A stretch of DNA of 64,000 bases from Thermoplasmata archaeon (GTDB taxonomy: Archaea; Thermoplasmatota; Thermoplasmata; Lutacidiplasmatales; UBA184). The stretch's first letter is position 1. Every line of letters starts with the position of its first letter. The stretch is from positions 1 to 64,000 of the forward strand of contig JAGWLG010000016.1 of the NCBI GenBank assembly GCA_028864975.1, given 5' to 3'. Shown piece after piece: positions 19,501 to 27,567 of this stretch. Under the pieces are notes generated by a model. It searched no databases. It was given only the letters and a program-made list of their open reading frames with translations, and was not told where the DNA came from. The position numbers and the translations under genes were made by a program.

Positions 19501-21843
19501 TGCGTGCCCACGTCCCCCGGCTCGGTGAGCGTCAGCGTCGCGATCACGGACTCGAGCGGAGCGTCGGTGAGCGCCGGTGTCACGCTCACGGTCTACGCGG
19601 ACCCGACCGTCACCACACCCGTGGCGACGCGCGTCAGCTTGGACCTGGGGCAGAGCACGACGCTCTCCTCCGTCTCGACCCCAGGCAGCGGCTCGCCGGT
19701 CTACGCTTGGCTCGGGCTCCCGTCAGGGTGCTTGAGCGCGAGCGTGCTCACCCTGAGCTGCACCCCCGCATCCGCCGGGACCTTCCTCGTTACGGTCTCG
19801 GTCCAGGACTCGGACGGGATGAACGTCTCCTCGGGAGGACTGACGCTCACGGTCGCTCCCGCGTTGGGGACCCCGGGGCTTTCGGCGAGCCGCAGCGCGG
19901 TCGACGTCGGAGAATCCACCTCGCTCCTGGCCTCCGCTTCCGGGGGGAGCGGCGGTTACTCCTACACCTGGACTGGGCTTCCCTCGGGATGCGTCTCGAT
20001 CAACAACCCTACGCTCGGCTGCACGCCGAGCGCCGCTGGGACCTTCACGGCCGTTCTGGACGTCAGCGATTCGAACGGTGCCTCCTCGTCGGCCTCGATC
20101 GCCATCGCGGTCTCTCCCGCGCTCACCGCCGCGGTCCCGACCTCCTCGCTCGGGGGAGTGGACACGAACCAGAGCGCTACCTTGGCCGCCCACGCCGGCG
20201 GCGGGCTCGCTCCTCTGGTCCTCTCCTGGTGGGGCCTCCCCACGGGATGCCTCTCGAGCAATGCGGTGAACCTCGTCTGTGTCCCGAGGTCGTCGGGAAC
20301 CTACCTGGTCTCCTACACCGTCGCGGACGCGAACGGGCAGAACGTGAGCTCGGCGTCGCTGACCCTCGTCGTGACCCCTGCTCCGTCCACCCCGCTCCTC
20401 GCGGCCTCGCTGACGGCGCTCGACCTGGGGCAGGCGGCGGTGATCACGGCGGCCGTGTCCGGTGGGGCCCTGCCCCTCTCCTACGGCTGGACCGGGCTCC
20501 CGACCGGCTGTGCGTCCGTCGATTCCAGTTCGCTCACCTGCTCGCCCACTGCGACAGGGACCTTCTCCGTCGGGCTCGCTGTCGCCGACGCGAACGGGGC
20601 GACCTCCGCCGCCGTCCCGATCACGGTGACCGCCTTCGCCGCCCCCACGGTGGGGGCCCCTTCGGCCTCCCGCGTCTCGCTCGATGACGGGGAAGGGACG
20701 AACCTCTCGGTGGCCGCCTCCTCCGGGGGCGGCCCGCTCTCCCTCACCTGGTGGGGCCTGCCCTCGGGTTGTGCGAGCTCGAACGCGACCGCGATCTCCT
20801 GTGTTCCCGCCTCCTTGGGCACGTTCACCGTCTGGGTCGAGGCGGTGGACGCCCGTGGCGTCCTCGTACAGGGCCCGCCGCTCGTGCTCACCGTGGACGC
20901 TGCGCTGGGCTCGGCAGCGATCACGGCCTCCTCCTCCGCCTTCGACCTGGGAGCGCCGCTCACCCTGGGAGCCTCGGTGAGCGGAGGGAGCGGAAGCTTC
21001 GCCTACGACTGGACCGGGCTCCCGCCAGGGTGCGTGGCCGCGAGTTCGGCGACGCTCACGTGCACGCCCACCCGCGTGGGGTCCTTCACGGTCCAGGTCG
21101 GGGTCGCCGACGGGAACGGGGCCCGCACGTCCGCGTCCCAAGCCCTTCGGGTCTACGCGGCGCTCGAGGTGAACCTGACCGCCACGCCGCTCTCCGCGAG
21201 CGAGGGCACCACGCTGACGTTCTCGTCCTCGGTCTCCGGAGGGACCGGGACGATCAGTTACGCTTGGTTCCTGAACGGCACGCTCCAACCCGGAGCGGCA
21301 GGGCGGAACTTCACCGTCCCGAACGCCCACCCTGGAACGTACCAGGTCGCGCTCAAGGTCGCCGATGGATCAGGGAGCCAGGTGCTCTCGACCACGGTCT
21401 CGGTCGCCGTGAGCTCCACCAGCCCTCCCCCCACCCCCTCCCCCGCGCCCGCGTCGCCCTCGCTCCTGGGTGGGCACGAGCCCGACGCCATCGTGGTGCT
21501 CTTGTTCATCCTGATCGCGATCACCCTCACGATGGCGATCATCATGATGGGAGGACGGAAGCGACGGCGAGTGAGCGCCATCCTGCCTCCGATGGCTTCG
21601 GAGACGACCGCCCCCGAGCCCGGCTCGGCGGCCGCCGCCCCGGAGCCCACCGTGACCCCTCTGCCCTCGACACCCCAGGTCATTGTGGTGACGGGAGGGC
21701 CCGCACCCGTCCCGGGGGCCCAGGCGCCGCCTCTTCCACCCCCCGCGCCGGAGCCCCCCGCGCCCCCCACCTACGCGCCGCCCTCTCCACCCTCACCACC
21801 CTTGCCCAGGGGAGCTGAGGAGTACTCCGAGGACAAGGAGTAG
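13570..21843 (+). CDS. Giant surface protein (2757 aa): 12 Kelch-like repeats + 19 GLPxGC Ig-like domains + PKD-like domain + TM + Pro-rich tail
   Basis: 12 copies of (M/L)AYD..DG..LLFGG...DTW; 19 W.GLP.GC...C units; TM IVVLLFILIAITLTMAIIM then GGRKRRR. Start may be ATG ~13615. Confidence 0.9.
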   Translation: MVARTLIYHMIGCAPMYHGHRSRVHPSNDEIATARKLYRSVRGPLGPRGCALASLVVLLMGIPLLPTATDVGGAVRSPSGHLGDPTSAALIVKGPASLLDGRAASTASTLTSLPSSSPSGSSSSVPRSGPSASTPPASSGSPLTASGGSVASATPSPTSSAGTELLQGAQRSLEQGQGPARGTAWNCGQPAGGGSESCAASSGSSADVLSAPSNPSWALLGTPSPRLGATMAFDQADNEVVLFGGENSAAQGDTWTFRAGSWSPVVTPVEPTPRGYASMAYDVADGYVLLFGGVAPGAGYLQDTWTFSAGSWTKLASATSPGVRIAASMSYDAADGYLVLFGGKGCSTASSCAATDLQDTWKFVGGVWAELFPASSPGIREFSMVGYDAYDGYVLLFGGYGCTTGSSCSEGLLQDTWSYKAGTWSLVTGSTPPGTREAAALAYDPTMSGLILVGGDGCSTGNACASYYLQDTWLYLKGAWSQLTPNAVPGIRDLMPMAYDGVDGYLLLFGGLGCSDASSPCPISYLQDSWVFAAGTWTELTSPSSSPGVRGIATLAYDPIDGYVLLFGGYGCVVGSTCTAGDLGDTWTFQAGTWTELFPNPSPGARDGSALVYDAADGYMLLFGGYGCNTGSTCTLADQQDTWTWAGGSWTQLAPPAPPGARVAPAMSYDPTDGYVLLFGGYGCTTGNTGCTSFLSDTWDFRGGTWTQLARIGPPQRYIASIADDAADGYVVLFGGLGCENYPTCSAYGELADTWRYAGSGNWVNMTSTAGGPPPARDGAGMAFDTADNYLLLFGGFSTTGSDLSDSWKFLGGSWTALSPTLAPGVRRYTEMAYDGHDGFLLLLGGNGCTFGTSCAVNWMQDSWAYGAPLTSAMVVASSASRDVGQSVTFTAGATGGGSGSYQFLWAGLPPGCVPTSPAPGVTCAPTTAGTFQVSTVAEDSTGAPQATSGTLAFMVYSDPTAAASGSTPSIDLGQSATFTLSTSGGSGGDGYAWNGLPTGCSSSAGLSDTCTPALASAEGAWSVSATVTDSNGYSVSSGGVALTVDSDPSVAAPSESRTALDVGQVLSLSTTVSGGSGGYAFTWSGLPTGCSSVNAPSLSCSPSAAGAFSSISVSALDSNGVMGGSPIAASITVSASLVVPTPTSSPGTLDLGQSTTLALSPSGGRAPYTISWFGVPTGCTASGTSFLCTPTATGTYSVYATDADSNGATVTSGAVTVNVLADPQIVSLASNRSATDLGTGFTITVQAIDGTGSYSYTWTGLPLGCVVPGLSTITCKPTVVGPFTLRVYVNDSTGTSTSQTLALMVDSDPTTTAPTASPTSPIDAGSKVVFQTTASGGSGGYSYTWVGLPSASCPVAIGSSLECDTLGVGNYSASALVRDSNGVGYASGALAFTVLRDPVLSNVVANRTAIDVGARVIFNATAYRGQGPYSYDWSGLPAGCSSANTAMLSCLATGSGSFSVGVSVADAVGGSASSTTLGYVVYPDPSLSSPSASATTLDLGQSVAFSTTLSGGSGGFSFTWSGLPGTCSGTGGSSPSCTTTAAGNFSIMVSGKDSAGAWTSSTSLAVRVLKDPGVTTPTAVPSAVDMGESTTFFGYGWGGEAPYTYSWSGLPAGCTSSSAASLSCTPTSAGGYTVQVTVTDALVVSATSPTLTFTVSVALVVSPVTLSPGSIDDGQSTTFSTSASGGVAPYVYAWAGLPSGCLSANTASILCTPSPSTSGTFSIVASVRDAHGMNVSSSLASLTVLAAVAVGALTATRGSLDVGQATTLSATAAGGTGVYSYTWSGLPTGCGSVNSATLTCTPTGSGTFASVGVRATDTNGQGSSSSPLSLVVAPDPTISIPTATLSALDVGQTTTLTVSTTSGSGGPVYAWVGLPVGCPSANALSVACTPASGGTGTFTVKASVVDSNGDNISSGPLTLYVYPALGGASLTATRGSLDVGESTTLTASSTGGSGGLIYAWSGLPSGCPGGNVPTVACVPTSPGSVSVSVAITDSSGASVSAGVTLTVYADPTVTTPVATRVSLDLGQSTTLSSVSTPGSGSPVYAWLGLPSGCLSASVLTLSCTPASAGTFLVTVSVQDSDGMNVSSGGLTLTVAPALGTPGLSASRSAVDVGESTSLLASASGGSGGYSYTWTGLPSGCVSINNPTLGCTPSAAGTFTAVLDVSDSNGASSSASIAIAVSPALTAAVPTSSLGGVDTNQSATLAAHAGGGLAPLVLSWWGLPTGCLSSNAVNLVCVPRSSGTYLVSYTVADANGQNVSSASLTLVVTPAPSTPLLAASLTALDLGQAAVITAAVSGGALPLSYGWTGLPTGCASVDSSSLTCSPTATGTFSVGLAVADANGATSAAVPITVTAFAAPTVGAPSASRVSLDDGEGTNLSVAASSGGGPLSLTWWGLPSGCASSNATAISCVPASLGTFTVWVEAVDARGVLVQGPPLVLTVDAALGSAAITASSSAFDLGAPLTLGASVSGGSGSFAYDWTGLPPGCVAASSATLTCTPTRVGSFTVQVGVADGNGARTSASQALRVYAALEVNLTATPLSASEGTTLTFSSSVSGGTGTISYAWFLNGTLQPGAAGRNFTVPNAHPGTYQVALKVADGSGSQVLSTTVSVAVSSTSPPPTPSPAPASPSLLGGHEPDAIVVLLFILIAITLTMAIIMMGGRKRRRVSAILPPMASETTAPEPGSAAAAPEPTVTPLPSTPQVIVVTGGPAPVPGAQAPPLPPPAPEPPAPPTYAPPSPPSPPLPRGAEEYSEDKE
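14250..16170 (+). repeat. 12 tandem Kelch-like repeats (intragenic)
   Basis: Counted in translation; DNA-level similarity such as ggacacctggacgtt / acctggaccgagctc recurs. Confidence 0.85.
16190..21170 (+). repeat. 19 tandem ~90-aa GLPxGC Ig-like repeats (intragenic stalk)
   Basis: Unit D.G.S.T....SGG...Y.Y.W.GLP.GC......L.C.P...G.F.V.V...DSNG counted 19 times. Confidence 0.85.
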
Positions 21844-21962
21844 GACCGGCCCGACCCCGAGAGGGACGACTCGACCGGAGCGGACGGAAGGCCCTTGGTT
21901 TATCTCGAGGAGGCGACTACCGAAGGATCGTTGTCCGCCGATAGCTCGCGGACCGCCGCACC

Positions 21963-23057
21963 ATGACAGAATTGCCTCCGGAAGCCCGCCGCGCGGTGGG
22001 TCTCCTCCCGGGAGAGACGCTGGCAAGTTCTTGGCCCGCCGCCCACCAGCGACCTGGGGCCCCGAGCGGGTCGGAGGGCTTCCTCGTGGTGACCTCGAAC
22101 CGACTGCTCTTCCTCCAAGAGGCCGGAGGGAGGCTCTCGAAGAGCTACCAGCCGGTCCCCGGACTCAGCTGGCCCCTCGCGACCCTGGGGGAGGTCCGGG
22201 TCGAGGAGAACCGAGGCAGGATGTCCTCGACCTCCTGGCTCTTGGTGCAGGGCGAATACTTCTCGGTGGGAAAGGGAGGGGCCCAGGAGAACTCGAGGGC
22301 GCGCTGGTTCCTCGAGCAAGCGCGCTCCCGCGCCGCCCGACCCCCTCCCTCGAGCCCGGCCCCGGTCACCCCAGGAACCTTGGCCCCGGTTGCGCCCTCG
22401 CCCCCGCCGCAGTCGGTGCCCTCGGCCCCCAGTGTCCCCCTTCAACGGCCCCCGACCGCCCCGAACGTTGTTGCGGCGGTCTCGGCGACGGCCGGGGCCC
22501 CCGCGCAGCCTTCCTTCGTCCGGGAGCCCACCCCACACGCCGCCCTCTCTGAGCCCCCCAGAGCGGAGTCGGCCCACGGCCTCTCTGTCCCCGGATTCCC
22601 CACCTGGCCCATGGTGCCGATCACCATCGTGGAGACCCCGGAGCCCAGCAAGTTCTGGAGCATCGTGGGGTCCTCCGGGGTCGAGCGCGACAAGATGCTC
22701 GTGTTCTGCACCGAATCTCCCGGGGAGCTCTCCGCCTCGTATGGGCTCGCGGGCGCGACCCTGTGGCGCATTGCGAGCAGCGAGGGCGAAGGGAAGGTGA
22801 AGCCCGGAGACGTGGACCGACTGGGGCTCTTGATCGAGGACCACTTCGCCCAGGCAAGCGGGCAAGCCGTGGTCCTCAAGGGCCTCGACCGGATCATCGA
22901 GGAGGCGGGGTTCCGCGGCGCTAGGCGGCTGCTCGAGGTGGCGCGCGAGGTCGCTGAGAAGACCCGGGGTGCGGTGATCGTCCACGTCGACCCCATCCTC
23001 GTCGGCCCGAAGGAGATCCACCAGCTCGAGGAGGACGGCAAGGTCCTCAAGCTCTGA
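21963..23057 (+). CDS. DUF835-domain protein with N-terminal PH-like domain and Pro-rich linker
   Basis: N-term LLPGE...EGFLVVTSNRLLF (bacterial PH-like); C-term MLVFCTESP..LW...VVLKGLDRII...AVIVHVDP...EIHQLEE (DUF835). Confidence 0.75.
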   Translation: MTELPPEARRAVGLLPGETLASSWPAAHQRPGAPSGSEGFLVVTSNRLLFLQEAGGRLSKSYQPVPGLSWPLATLGEVRVEENRGRMSSTSWLLVQGEYFSVGKGGAQENSRARWFLEQARSRAARPPPSSPAPVTPGTLAPVAPSPPPQSVPSAPSVPLQRPPTAPNVVAAVSATAGAPAQPSFVREPTPHAALSEPPRAESAHGLSVPGFPTWPMVPITIVETPEPSKFWSIVGSSGVERDKMLVFCTESPGELSASYGLAGATLWRIASSEGEGKVKPGDVDRLGLLIEDHFAQASGQAVVLKGLDRIIEEAGFRGARRLLEVAREVAEKTRGAVIVHVDPILVGPKEIHQLEEDGKVLKL

Positions 23058-23097
23058 AGGGCCGGGAGAACCTTGGAGCGCGTGGGGCGCGCGGCCG

Positions 23098-23508
23098 CTA
23101 GGCGAAAACCCCGGTGGGCCGCAGGAACCGTATGACGTAGCCGTCGGGGTCGTTGAGCATGAACGCGGTCCCGTACGGCCGCTTGGAGAGCCTCGACTCG
23201 ATCTCCGCCTTGGCCTTCTTCGCCCGCTCGTAGATCCTCTCGACGGGTCTAAGCTCTACGGTCACGATGACACCCGCGCCGAGGGGGGTGCTGACCCACT
23301 TCGCATAGTCGTCGTACTGACCGGCCATTCGGTCCTTGGGTATCCTCCCGAGGGCAATGACCGCATCGCCGATCCCGACCCCCGCGTAATCCGCCTTGCC
23401 GTCGTCGCCCTCCCACTTCCATCTCACCTGGAAGCCGAGGGCTTCGTAGAACTTCACCGACCGGTCGACGTCCTTGACGTTCAGCATCACGCTCATCGCC
23501 GCCTTCAT
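23098..23508 (-). CDS. VOC/glyoxalase family protein
   Basis: VMLNVKDVDRSVKFYEALGF ... PYG.AFMLNDPDGYVIRF. Confidence 0.85.
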   Translation of the reverse strand: MKAAMSVMLNVKDVDRSVKFYEALGFQVRWKWEGDDGKADYAGVGIGDAVIALGRIPKDRMAGQYDDYAKWVSTPLGAGVIVTVELRPVERIYERAKKAKAEIESRLSKRPYGTAFMLNDPDGYVIRFLRPTGVFA

Positions 23509-23560
23509 GGGTCCTCGTGGAAGGGACGGACGCGCGGGGGGAGATAGTGAATGCGTCCAG

Positions 23561-23582
23561 GCCCCCGGGCGGGCCCGGGGGC
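23561..23582 (-). terminator. Perfect 10-bp inverted repeat just downstream of 23595..27476
   Basis: GCCCCCGGGC-GG-GCCCGGGGGC; function as terminator is inferred from position only. Confidence 0.35.
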
Positions 23583-23594
23583 GAGCGGAGAGGC

Positions 23595-26500
23595 TCAGCG
23601 CGGGGGCGGGGGCGGTGGTGGGGGCCAGGAGGGAGGGGTGGGAGTGAACATTGGACCGTAAGGAGGGGGCACGCTCGCGCGCCGTCGCTTCCTCGCGAGG
23701 AGGACCGCGACGACGATACCCACGATGGCGACGGCCAGGACCGCCAGCACGAGAGGGCTCGTGAGCAGACCGACCAGGTCCCCAGCTCCTCCGTTCGATG
23801 GGGCGGGGGTGATGGTCACCTGGGCAGACCCTTGGGCGCTTTCACGACCCGTGGCCGTCACGGAGACGGTGATCGTCGCGGTGACCGTCGACGAAGGCGA
23901 TGGGGCGGTGAGCTGCGCATCGAGCTTCCCGGCGGTGTCGGTAGCGCCGGAAGCAGGGGTGATGGTGCCCTGGTCCACCGTGAGGGCTAGGGTTGCTCCC
24001 GAGATGGGGGCGCCGCTCCCATCCGTCACCGAGACCACAACGGCGACGGTTCCGCCCGCCGAGATCGTGTTCGGGGTGGGGGTGACCACGACGGCCATCG
24101 GGAGCACAACATACAGACGAAGCGTGCCACTTCCAGTGGTGTAACCGGGCTCGGACGCGTGGGCGGTCAGGGTTACCGTGGTCGCGGAGGAAGGGGACGG
24201 TGCGGTCAGAAGGAGGTCGACGGTCCCGTTCGTGGGGGTCGTCGCCCCCATCAGGCTGAGGGAGCCGGAGGTGACCGAGAAGGACTCAGAGGCGCCGGCG
24301 ACAGGGGACCCCGCGCTCTCCAAAAGGGCATGGACGGCCACCGTGCTCCCGGCGACCGCCTCGTAGCTGGCGGCGGAGAGGTTGAGCAAGAGCGGCGGCG
24401 CAGGGTCGATCTGCACCGTCGCGGTGAGCGTCGTCGGCGCGTACCCGCTCTTCGAGAGCGCGACCGAGATCGTGTCGGTCGAAGGAGATGCGACGCTCGA
24501 CACGGTGAGGTTCGTGAACGCCGCGCCGGCGGCGGTAGAGGACGTTGAAGGAGGAGAGAAGGTCCCTCCCAGGCTGTCGGTGAAGGTCGCCGTGGCTCCC
24601 TGGATGGGGGTGCCGGAGGAGACGATGGCCACGGTGATCGCGGCGGGGAGACCCGCGGTCGTCGCTCCCGAAGGGACCGACACGCTCCCGGTGAGCACCG
24701 GCTGGTCGACGACCGCGGCGTAGACGCCTCCCGGATGCGCAAGGCTCGCCGAGGCGTTGGCCCACACATCCAGTGTAAGGGGGACCGAGGTCGCCGGGAG
24801 GGTGAAGTTCGACCAGACGCTGCCCCCCACATTGGTGGTACCGGAGGCGGGGGAGAAGAGATCGCCCTTCTGATCGGCGAAGGCGACCGTGGCTCCCGCC
24901 ACGGCACCGCTGGTATCCGTGACGGAAGCATGGACCGTGACATGGGACCCCGGATTGCCGGGGTTCGGGGTAACCGAGAGCGCGACCGAGAGCGTCGGCT
25001 CAGGGTCCAAGGTCAGCGTCGCGGTCCCGTTGTTCCCCGGGTGCCCTGGGGCGGTCGCGGCCGCGTCCACCGTGTCGGAGGTGGGGGTAGTCACCGAGGG
25101 GGTGGTGAAGTTCGCATAGGCATACCCCGCCGCGTCGGTCGTCGTGGAGGCGGGGGTGAAGGAACTCCCGCTCGTGTCCGAGAACCCGACGTTGGCCCCA
25201 GAGACCGGGGACCCGCTGGGGAGCGAGACGTAGGCAACAGCGGCGACGGTGCTGCCACCCACAACGGAAGCCGAGGGGGTCGGGGTGAGCGTGACCTGCA
25301 GAGGAAGCGGGTCGATGGTGATCACGGCCGTCCCTGACCCGGGGTTGTACCCCCCTGCGGTGGCCGACGCGGTGATTGTGTCGGAAGTTGCCGCGAGGAC
25401 GGTGGGAGCGGTGAAGTTCGTCCAGGCGTTGCCGTTGGCCCCGACGGTGACGGGGTTGGGGGAGAAGCTGTCCGTGAGGGTGTCCGAGAAGCTCACGGAA
25501 GCCCCGGGGACCGGGACGCCGGCGGATGTCACGCTCGCTATGACGGCGACTGTCGAGCCGGAGGTCGCCGAGCTCGAGGGTGTGGTCGTGACCGAGACCG
25601 AGAGGGTCGGGGTGCCGCTCGGGTTGTAGATGGCTTCGAGCGGGGAACTCCCGTTCATGGCGACATTCGTGAGCGCGCTCATGGACGAGGCGAACATCCC
25701 CTGCCAGTGCGAGAAGGTGTAGCCGGTGACGCTCGCAGGGACCGAGATGTTGTGCACCGTTCCGCGGGTCCAGTACTCGGTCGACGGGAGGGCGGTCGAG
25801 ACGCCGTCCACCGTCGCGGTCACTCCGGCGATGTTCGCCGAGAGGTCCAGCCAGGCGAGCTGCCCCACGTAGAGGTCCTCGTTCATGTTCCCCGTGACCC
25901 CATTGCGGAAGTCGGTCCAGACCGAGAAGTCCCCGGCGGGGCTCCAGAAGGTGTTCTCGTAGTCCCCCATGAACGCTGACCAGACCGTCGGGTTGCCGCT
26001 GACCGAGGAGACCCGGACGTTCCGCGCGAAGGTCTGCCCTCCATCCTTCGAGACCGCGACGGTGGTGTCGACGTAGAAGTCCCCGGGGACGTACCTCCGG
26101 TCCAGGAACTCGACGTAGACCGTGCCGTTCTTCCCGACGGCCAGCTGGGGGAACCAGTGGTCCGCTCCGTCGCTGGGGTCATTGTTGACCGAGATGGGGG
26201 AGCTCCAGCTAGAGCCGTAGTTCGTGGAGCGGAGCAGACGGATCTGAAGAGAGCTCACGTTCTCCGTGTAGACGATGTAGAGGTCGCCCTTGTACGGGCT
26301 TCCCGCAGAGGTGTCGCCAAAGATCTGGGGGAAGCAGTTCATCCGACCCACCCCCCCGATCGCGGGGAACCCAGAGCTTCCGGCCGGAGCACACGTGATC
26401 GACCCCAGGTTGGCCTCGGCGGAGAAGGCCCCGCCGGGGGCCGTGGCCCGCGAGAACTCGAGGTCAGAGCCGGTCGCTCCTCCCTCCCATACCACATCCA

Positions 26501-27476
26501 CTCCGCCCGAGGAGTCGACGGCCAGGCCCGCGGCGACCATGTTCTGGTCCGAGGCGGAGTTGATGTGCGTGGGCCCCACCCACGAGGCCCCCTTGGTCGT
26601 GGAGTACCAGTAATCGATGTACGCCGTCGTGGAGCTGTAGTTCATCACGTCGATGGAGACGGTCCCGGTGCTCGGGTCGACCCCCATCCACTCCTTGTCC
26701 ACCCAGTACGACCCAAAGTCCTGCTCCACGCGAACGTAGTTCCACGTGAGCCCCCCATCGGCAGAGTGAGCGACGAAGAGCCCTCCGTTGGTGGCGACGC
26801 TCCCGGAGCATCGGCCGGTCTGGGCAGTGGGGTACCCCAGGCCGGCGAAGTAGGCGGTACCGTCCGGCGCGAAGAACACGTTGGTGTCCCCGCCGAAGCA
26901 GGGGTGTCCGCCTGCGAAGGTCGTGTTCATCGCGGCGGGCCGATAATGCCAGGTGAGACCTCCGTTCGTGGAGGTGAACTCGCTGGCCCAAGAGCCCGAG
27001 GATCCTGTCGCGGCGGTGTCATAGTCGTTACCGGAGACGATGATGTCGAGCGGGTTGGTGGGGTTGACGGCGATCCCCGGTTCGTTCTGGGGCGTCGGGT
27101 CCCAGGTCGCCTGATAATTGATCCCGATCTTCGGGCTCACCTGCGGGGTCGCCCCTGGGGAGATCTCGGGGCCCGTGCGGAAGTTCGACGGGAGGTTCGC
27201 GAGGGGGTCGAAAGGACGAGGAGGAGCGCCCTTCGAAGCGAGAGCGGGGAGCGAGGTCCGCGCCAACGCTCCGGCGACAGTCGCGGGATGGACGCTGGCG
27301 ACCGAGGAAGGGGCGGTCGCCTGAAGGTCCGGGGGCAGCAGCATGGCGGCTGCTGACATGAGCAGAAGTGCCACCACGAGGTCCTGGCGGACACCCTTAC
27401 GCGGCTTTTTCGGAACCTCTGGGCGATGCGCGCAAGGACCACGTCGGTGGCTAGACACGGTCGACCGAGCAAGCAC
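23595..27476 (-). CDS. Surface protein: Asp-box (exo-sialidase-like) propeller + Ig-like (Big_1-like) stalk + TM + poly-Pro tail
   Basis: QNEPGIAVNP, Asp-boxes STNGGLTW, SADGGLTW, STTKGASW, STNYGSSW, SKDGGQTF, DKEWM, GDY; repeated V.GA.V.F.D..G.F.P...TT...G units; tail VPPPYG...PPPPPPPPR. Start uncertain. Confidence 0.85.
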   Translation of the reverse strand: MLARSTVSSHRRGPCAHRPEVPKKPRKGVRQDLVVALLLMSAAAMLLPPDLQATAPSSVASVHPATVAGALARTSLPALASKGAPPRPFDPLANLPSNFRTGPEISPGATPQVSPKIGINYQATWDPTPQNEPGIAVNPTNPLDIIVSGNDYDTAATGSSGSWASEFTSTNGGLTWHYRPAAMNTTFAGGHPCFGGDTNVFFAPDGTAYFAGLGYPTAQTGRCSGSVATNGGLFVAHSADGGLTWNYVRVEQDFGSYWVDKEWMGVDPSTGTVSIDVMNYSSTTAYIDYWYSTTKGASWVGPTHINSASDQNMVAAGLAVDSSGGVDVVWEGGATGSDLEFSRATAPGGAFSAEANLGSITCAPAGSSGFPAIGGVGRMNCFPQIFGDTSAGSPYKGDLYIVYTENVSSLQIRLLRSTNYGSSWSSPISVNNDPSDGADHWFPQLAVGKNGTVYVEFLDRRYVPGDFYVDTTVAVSKDGGQTFARNVRVSSVSGNPTVWSAFMGDYENTFWSPAGDFSVWTDFRNGVTGNMNEDLYVGQLAWLDLSANIAGVTATVDGVSTALPSTEYWTRGTVHNISVPASVTGYTFSHWQGMFASSMSALTNVAMNGSSPLEAIYNPSGTPTLSVSVTTTPSSSATSGSTVAVIASVTSAGVPVPGASVSFSDTLTDSFSPNPVTVGANGNAWTNFTAPTVLAATSDTITASATAGGYNPGSGTAVITIDPLPLQVTLTPTPSASVVGGSTVAAVAYVSLPSGSPVSGANVGFSDTSGSSFTPASTTTDAAGYAYANFTTPSVTTPTSDTVDAAATAPGHPGNNGTATLTLDPEPTLSVALSVTPNPGNPGSHVTVHASVTDTSGAVAGATVAFADQKGDLFSPASGTTNVGGSVWSNFTLPATSVPLTLDVWANASASLAHPGGVYAAVVDQPVLTGSVSVPSGATTAGLPAAITVAIVSSGTPIQGATATFTDSLGGTFSPPSTSSTAAGAAFTNLTVSSVASPSTDTISVALSKSGYAPTTLTATVQIDPAPPLLLNLSAASYEAVAGSTVAVHALLESAGSPVAGASESFSVTSGSLSLMGATTPTNGTVDLLLTAPSPSSATTVTLTAHASEPGYTTGSGTLRLYVVLPMAVVVTPTPNTISAGGTVAVVVSVTDGSGAPISGATLALTVDQGTITPASGATDTAGKLDAQLTAPSPSSTVTATITVSVTATGRESAQGSAQVTITPAPSNGGAGDLVGLLTSPLVLAVLAVAIVGIVVAVLLARKRRRASVPPPYGPMFTPTPPSWPPPPPPPPR

Positions 27477-27567
27477 CTCCGTAAAAAGTGCTTGTCGGGT
27501 GGCTCATGGCCCCGCGTCGCCCTGCGACGCCCGAAGCGAGGTATACGCCGTGCGCCTCTTCATCGGC

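Noticed and set aside
14250-21170. Repeats as CRISPR array or mobile repeat
   Set aside because: The repeats are in-frame, degenerate at synonymous positions and encode protein domains; there is no constant repeat-spacer pattern and no cas genes.
23595-27476. Definitive sialidase (GH33) assignment
   Set aside because: Asp-boxes show the fold only; the catalytic Arg triad could not be identified by eye.
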